Of a stretch of 64,000 nucleotides of DNA, positions 59,603 through 64,000 are shown in pieces. A model generated the notes under the pieces. It had not been told where the DNA came from and searched no databases. It saw nothing but the letters and a program-made list of their open reading frames with translations. The position numbers and the translations under genes were made by a program. Source of the DNA: an uncultured Veillonellaceae bacterium (GTDB lineage: Bacteria; Bacillota; Negativicutes; JARBTT01); contig CAWDTA010000002.1 in NCBI GenBank assembly GCA_963805085.1, forward strand, positions 1,152,001 through 1,216,000, in the 5' to 3' direction. The stretch's first letter is position 1; every line of letters starts with the position of its first letter.

Positions 59603-59836
59603 TTGAAGAAATAAAACTGTTGATTTCGGCCGGATGAAACAGTTAATAGCAGTAACAATATTGAGCTCAATAGATTGTTTTATAAAAAAATTCCTTTGAA
59701 TATTAGCGGGATGCAAGTTCCGGTTTAAATAAAGATGAAAAACGACTGAGTTAGTCTAATCAGGTATCTATATTTAACAATGAAGACAAGTTCCGGGGTA
59801 ATAGGTAGATGAATTTGTCAGGTGGAGGGTGATACT

Positions 59837-60292
59837 ATGGAAAATATTGTGGTGATCGGCAGTGATCATGCTGGTTTTGCGATGAAGCAGGAATTGATAG
59901 AAAAGTTGAAGGAAAATGGTTTTGTTGTTGAGGATAAAGGAACATATAGTGAAGAATCAACAGATTTTTCACCAATTGCGCAGATGGTTGCGGAAACAGT
60001 TGCAGCCGATGAGAGAAAGCGGGGCATTTTAGTCTGTGGTACAGGAATTGGTATGTCTATTATGGCAAATAAAATTCCAGGGATACGTGCTGCTTTAGTT
60101 CATGATCTTTTTTCTGCGAAGGCAACTCGTGAACATAATAATACCAATGTGTTATGTATGGGAGCGAGGATTATTTCGCCAGCCATGAGCTGGGAAATTG
60201 CATCTGTTTGGTTGCATACGGATTTTTTAGGCGGAAAGCATGCAAAAAGAATCCAATATATTGCTGATTATGAAGAAAATAAGACGAAGTGA
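59837..60292 (+). CDS. rpiB: Ribose-5-phosphate isomerase B
   Basis: GSDHAG, CGTGIGMS..ANK, REHNNTNVL. Confidence 0.93.
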   Translation: MENIVVIGSDHAGFAMKQELIEKLKENGFVVEDKGTYSEESTDFSPIAQMVAETVAADERKRGILVCGTGIGMSIMANKIPGIRAALVHDLFSAKATREHNNTNVLCMGARIISPAMSWEIASVWLHTDFLGGKHAKRIQYIADYEENKTK

Positions 60293-60522
60293 GGCGCAGA
60301 AGAAATCAATCTGCGTATTAATTTAGGGGCACTTAACAAAAAGTAATCATTGAAATCGCATTGTTGACAGATGAAGAAAGAGTGACGACATGTAAATTAA
60401 TTATGGATGCAGCCACAGATTATGTAAAAACGGCGACAGGTTTTAATGGCCGTGCAAGCAGAATTTGGACAAGTAATGCAGTGGAAATTATAATGAGAGA
60501 GCACATTGATAGTGGGTATTGA
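60293..60522 (+). pseudogene. deoC: deoC (deoxyribose-phosphate aldolase) relic with internal deletions
   Basis: Fragments GAEEINLRINLGAL / [35 protein letters not shown] / [16 protein letters not shown]. Confidence 0.8.
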
Positions 60523-60548
60523 TGCGTCAGGTTATTTGAGGATAAAAG

Positions 60549-61541
60549 GTGAAGTATATGAATGGACTAAAGCGGATAAAAAAAATTGGTGTTTTGACAA
60601 GCGGTGGTGATTCGCCAGGGATGAATGCCACGATTCGAGCGGTTGTTAGAACGGCAGATAATTTTGGCATCAACGTAGTCGGGATACGCCGTGGTTATAA
60701 TGGTTTATTAAATGGCGATATCATTGAACTTAATTCAAGATCGGTTGCTGACATTATGCATCGTGGTGGTACATTTCTATATACGGCTAGATGTATGGAG
60801 TTCTTAGAAGAAAAAAATCGCTTGCAAGCGGTTAAAAATGCGCAGAAATATGGAATTGAAGGATTGGTTATTATTGGTGGTGATGGTTCTTTTCGCGGTG
60901 CAGAAAAATTGAATGAGCTAGGTATACCAACAGTTGGAATTCCTGGAACAATTGATAATGATATCGCTGCTACAGACTATTCCATCGGTTTTGATACAGC
61001 TTGCAATATTGGGTTGGAAGCTGTCGATCGATTGCGTGATACGACGCAGAGTCATGAAAAGTGCAGCTTAATTGAAGTTATGGGGCGGAATGCCGGATAT
61101 TTAGCTTTGCAAGTTGGTATTGCTGCTGGGGCAACAGCAGTTTTGATTCCTGAAAAAAATTATAATATAACCAGAGATGTTTGCTATAAGATATCTGAAG
61201 GACAAAAACGTGGGAAGACTCATCATATCATTATTGTATCTGAAGGTTGTAAGGATAATATCCAAACTATTGCAGATCAGATTGAACTAGAAACTAAAAT
61301 TAGCACGCGAGTTACGGTATTAGGTCATATTCAGCGAGGCGGTCCGCCAACGGTTCTGGATCGAGTGATGGCCACGCGCATGGGGTATCATGCAATAGAA
61401 CTTTTATCTAAAGGTATTGGTGGACGGTTAGTTGGTTTGCAAAAAAATGAAATTATTGATATTGGCATCAACGAAGGTCTTGAAAAACAAAAATTTATTG
61501 ATGAAAATTTGTATGAGATATGTAATATTGTAGCTCGTTGA
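60549..61541 (+). CDS. pfkA: 6-phosphofructokinase
   Basis: TSGGDSPGMN, IGGDGS, PGTIDND, EVMGR, LGHIQRGG. Confidence 0.95.
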   Translation: MKYMNGLKRIKKIGVLTSGGDSPGMNATIRAVVRTADNFGINVVGIRRGYNGLLNGDIIELNSRSVADIMHRGGTFLYTARCMEFLEEKNRLQAVKNAQKYGIEGLVIIGGDGSFRGAEKLNELGIPTVGIPGTIDNDIAATDYSIGFDTACNIGLEAVDRLRDTTQSHEKCSLIEVMGRNAGYLALQVGIAAGATAVLIPEKNYNITRDVCYKISEGQKRGKTHHIIIVSEGCKDNIQTIADQIELETKISTRVTVLGHIQRGGPPTVLDRVMATRMGYHAIELLSKGIGGRLVGLQKNEIIDIGINEGLEKQKFIDENLYEICNIVAR

Positions 61542-61596
61542 GAAAAGTTGTTAATCTTTATGGAAGTTTATTATTTATATAGATATTTTAATTCGA

Positions 61597-61627
61597 AATC
61601 CTACAGTTTGTAGGATTCTTTTTTTTG
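61597..61627 (+). terminator. pfkA terminator
   Basis: AATCCTACA-GTT-TGTAGGATT followed by a T tract. Confidence 0.75.
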
Positions 61628-61824
61628 AAAAAAGAATATTTTAATGCACAGATACCCTTAAGGATAGTAAAAGTATCGTTGGTATGGTGGCTTATACAAA
61701 ATAAAAGCCAGCGCTTTTAAACGCTGGCTGGTAAAAAAATTACTGATTCAGTGAAAATCACATGGTCACGGTTGATTGTGATTAAATACATGAAATATGA
61801 ATATTGATTCGTGATATCTTTACA

Positions 61825-62526
61825 TTATATCGTCCAAGCAATACTACTTAGCTCTGGTGTTGCCAGATCAATTTTAGAGAGTGTTGTGAATATATTTTGA
61901 TGCTTTGAAGAAAAAGGAACTGCTAAGTTGCGTTTGTCTACATCACTTAATTTGATATAGGATAATGCTTTTTTGATAAATGTTATGGAATCACTGATAT
62001 TGCCTTGGGCTCCGGCTACTTGTGATTTGAAGCGGTAGGCATTGTAGAGATAACTATTATTTTTTGCAAACTTAGAATGATGCTCAGCAATTTTTTGATT
62101 TGCTTCCGCAAGTGCTATATTGGTTTGGTGGAGAAAGTTCAAAATGATCCATCTTTCTGCCCATAATTCGCCACGGTTAATAATATGGTAGCTGAAATCG
62201 ATGCTTTCAGCTAGAGCAATTGAGCTGTCGATATAGGTCAAAGCGTCGAGTAGATTACCTTTCTTTTTACGCAAAATTGAACTCAAGTATCGTAGAGACC
62301 AAGCTTTGTGTTCAATATCTTCGGGTGTATTGACTTGTACATCAATGACAGATTCAAATAGTTCAATTGCTGCATCAAATTTACTGTAGGCAGGGTGATA
62401 GAGAAATTTTGCTAAGGAAGCTCTTGTGTGCCAGTCCTCAAAGCCACCGATAAATAAAACACGGGGTGGCTTGATGCCAGTGGTTGCAACGAAATCAACT
62501 AATTGTTCAAATTCGTTTTTTGTCAT
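61825..62526 (-). CDS. Hypothetical helical-repeat (TPR-like) protein
   Basis: 233-aa ORF with GGGAGG RBS; alpha-helical repeat pattern; no motif recognised. Confidence 0.6.
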   Translation of the reverse strand: MTKNEFEQLVDFVATTGIKPPRVLFIGGFEDWHTRASLAKFLYHPAYSKFDAAIELFESVIDVQVNTPEDIEHKAWSLRYLSSILRKKKGNLLDALTYIDSSIALAESIDFSYHIINRGELWAERWIILNFLHQTNIALAEANQKIAEHHSKFAKNNSYLYNAYRFKSQVAGAQGNISDSITFIKKALSYIKLSDVDKRNLAVPFSSKHQNIFTTLSKIDLATPELSSIAWTI

Positions 62527-62798
62527 AATAAATGCCTCCCACCTTATCATATTTATCAATTGCAGTATCATGCTAAATAAAAAAATCATTTGATTTATAT
62601 CTATATTATACAGTGTTCAATAAACAATATAAACGATTTTAATATAATAAATCGAAAGGAGTAAATGCAGTAAAAGGTATCGGTGTATTTACAGTTTAGT
62701 ATATACAAGTTAGCTTGTTTGTCTATTGTTTTATTTTATTGTTATTTGCAAAATAAATTCATGAATTTTATTTTTTCTTTATATGCGGGCAAAATAGA

Positions 62799-62825
62799 AA
62801 AAGGCTATAAAAATATAGCCTTTTT
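62799..62825 (-). terminator. Terminator
   Basis: AAAAAGGCTATA-AAAA-TATAGCCTTTTT. Confidence 0.75.
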
Positions 62826-62830
62826 ATGGT

Positions 62831-64000
62831 TTAGTTAGAACTTTCAAAATATTGACTATAACTTTCAACAGAGTTGGCTAAAGCAAAGTCGTCCTTACCA
62901 CTTTTTTTTATTTTATATAAAGCCTTGTCGGCTTTCTTTAGTAGCTCCTTATAATTTCTGCCATCCTGTGGGCATAATGAAATTCCAATGCTGCCGGAAA
63001 TAGCATACTTGATATCTTGGTCAAAGTAATCAGTACGCAGTACATGTGTAATTGCGTTTGCTTTGTTAATGATATCTTTCATAGAACGAATATTATACAT
63101 AAAGACAACAAATTCATCGCCGCCAATTCGACCAACGATGTCATGTTTGCCAAATAGTGCTTTCAGTTGGTTGGTTACGGAAATTAACACTTCGTCACCA
63201 ACTAAGTGTCCTAACGTATCATTAATGGATTTAAAATTATCAATGTCAATAATCATTAATGCATGCATTCGATGCGGTTTTTGTTTTTTTATTAATTCAT
63301 TGATTAATGATTGGGTAGTCATTTTATTATATAGGCCAGTTAAAGAATCACGATAAGCTTTAGCTTGTAAGCTCTCTATTTCTTTTTTTTGCGCATCAAT
63401 ATTAATGATTTTGCCGACTAATTTAATTGGTTCATGCTGATCATTATAAATCGTTTCTCCATTAATATGCCACCAATTATATTGATCAGGATGCTTAATA
63501 TCTAAAATTTTTATTTCTGTGGAAATTTTGGGTGCACCAGTCAGCAATTTGATATAAAGTTCATGCAACGTTCTTTTATCACTTTTTGGTAATAATGTTG
63601 ATGATGGAATTATCTTAGAAAAGTTATAGATAATAGGGGATTTTCCAATAAGCTCTTGAAATTTGATTGAGTTTGTTAAAATATCTGATTTGACATCATA
63701 CTCAAAAAGGATGTCATTCGTTAATTGATTGGTAATGCGATAACGTTCTTTTTCTAAAAATAAAAGTTTTTTTGCTGTTTCATGTGAAGCAAGTGCATTC
63801 TTTAGTTTAGCTATTTCTCTTTGTGCGTGTTCTACTTGTGCTGACTTTCTTTCGAGAACATAAAAAAAATAAGCCAGTAATGCTATTTCAAAAGAAAATA
63901 AAAGATAAAATAAAGAAGTAGCATAGTCTACTATGTTCTGCTGATTTAAAAATAATAGTGCAAATAAAATGAATAGGACAATCTTCCCAATACTTCTTTG
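62831..64000 (-). CDS. Membrane-anchored sensor diguanylate cyclase (5' partial)
   Basis: Frame stays open from 63568 to the window edge (two TM segments, coiled coil, ERYR..DILFEYD PAS-like region); RIGGDEF; no RxxD I-site. Confidence 0.9.
   Translation of the reverse strand, partial: QRSIGKIVLFILFALLFLNQQNIVDYATSLFYLLFSFEIALLAYFFYVLERKSAQVEHAQREIAKLKNALASHETAKKLLFLEKERYRITNQLTNDILFEYDVKSDILTNSIKFQELIGKSPIIYNFSKIIPSSTLLPKSDKRTLHELYIKLLTGAPKISTEIKILDIKHPDQYNWWHINGETIYNDQHEPIKLVGKIINIDAQKKEIESLQAKAYRDSLTGLYNKMTTQSLINELIKKQKPHRMHALMIIDIDNFKSINDTLGHLVGDEVLISVTNQLKALFGKHDIVGRIGGDEFVVFMYNIRSMKDIINKANAITHVLRTDYFDQDIKYAISGSIGISLCPQDGRNYKELLKKADKALYKIKKSGKDDFALANSVESYSQYFESSN

Noticed and set aside
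1-64000. CRISPR array, rRNA, intact transposase or integrase, prophage or defence genes
   Set aside because: No regularly spaced repeats or diagnostic motifs were seen in the sequence or the ORF track

Overview
AT-rich chromosomal window from a diderm Firmicute (Negativicutes/Selenomonadales-like, inferred from an SLH-domain outer-membrane porin in an otherwise Firmicutes-type gene set). It is a mosaic of accessory catabolic modules: (1) a sigma-54/PrpR-type-regulated sugar-acid operon (L-galactonate-like) with a UxaB-UxaA fusion; (2) thiN and TPP-riboswitch-controlled thiT; (3) a LacI-regulated beta-glucoside PTS/GH4/HAD/enolase-superfamily island next to tRNA-Thr(CGT); (4) a diguanylate cyclase, an orphan RND permease, and a URO-D-like gene plus amino-acid ABC operon with a terminator in its leader; (5) a beta-mannan locus with two GntR paralogues, an SLH porin, an exported GH5 mannanase, a cellobiose-type PTS, an SGNH esterase, GH1 and ManA; (6) small stress/regulatory modules; (7) a LevR-type sigma-54 activator with a galactitol-family PTS/pentitol operon, a deoC relic and pfkA; (8) a hypothetical gene and a partial membrane diguanylate cyclase. 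The most unusual unannotated signal is four co-oriented, decayed copies of the tRNA-Thr(CGT) gene (about 18.9, 39.0, 41.4 and 43.5 kb) that sit between cargo modules, suggesting serial gene accretion at this tRNA. All alignments were done by eye and no database searches were run.
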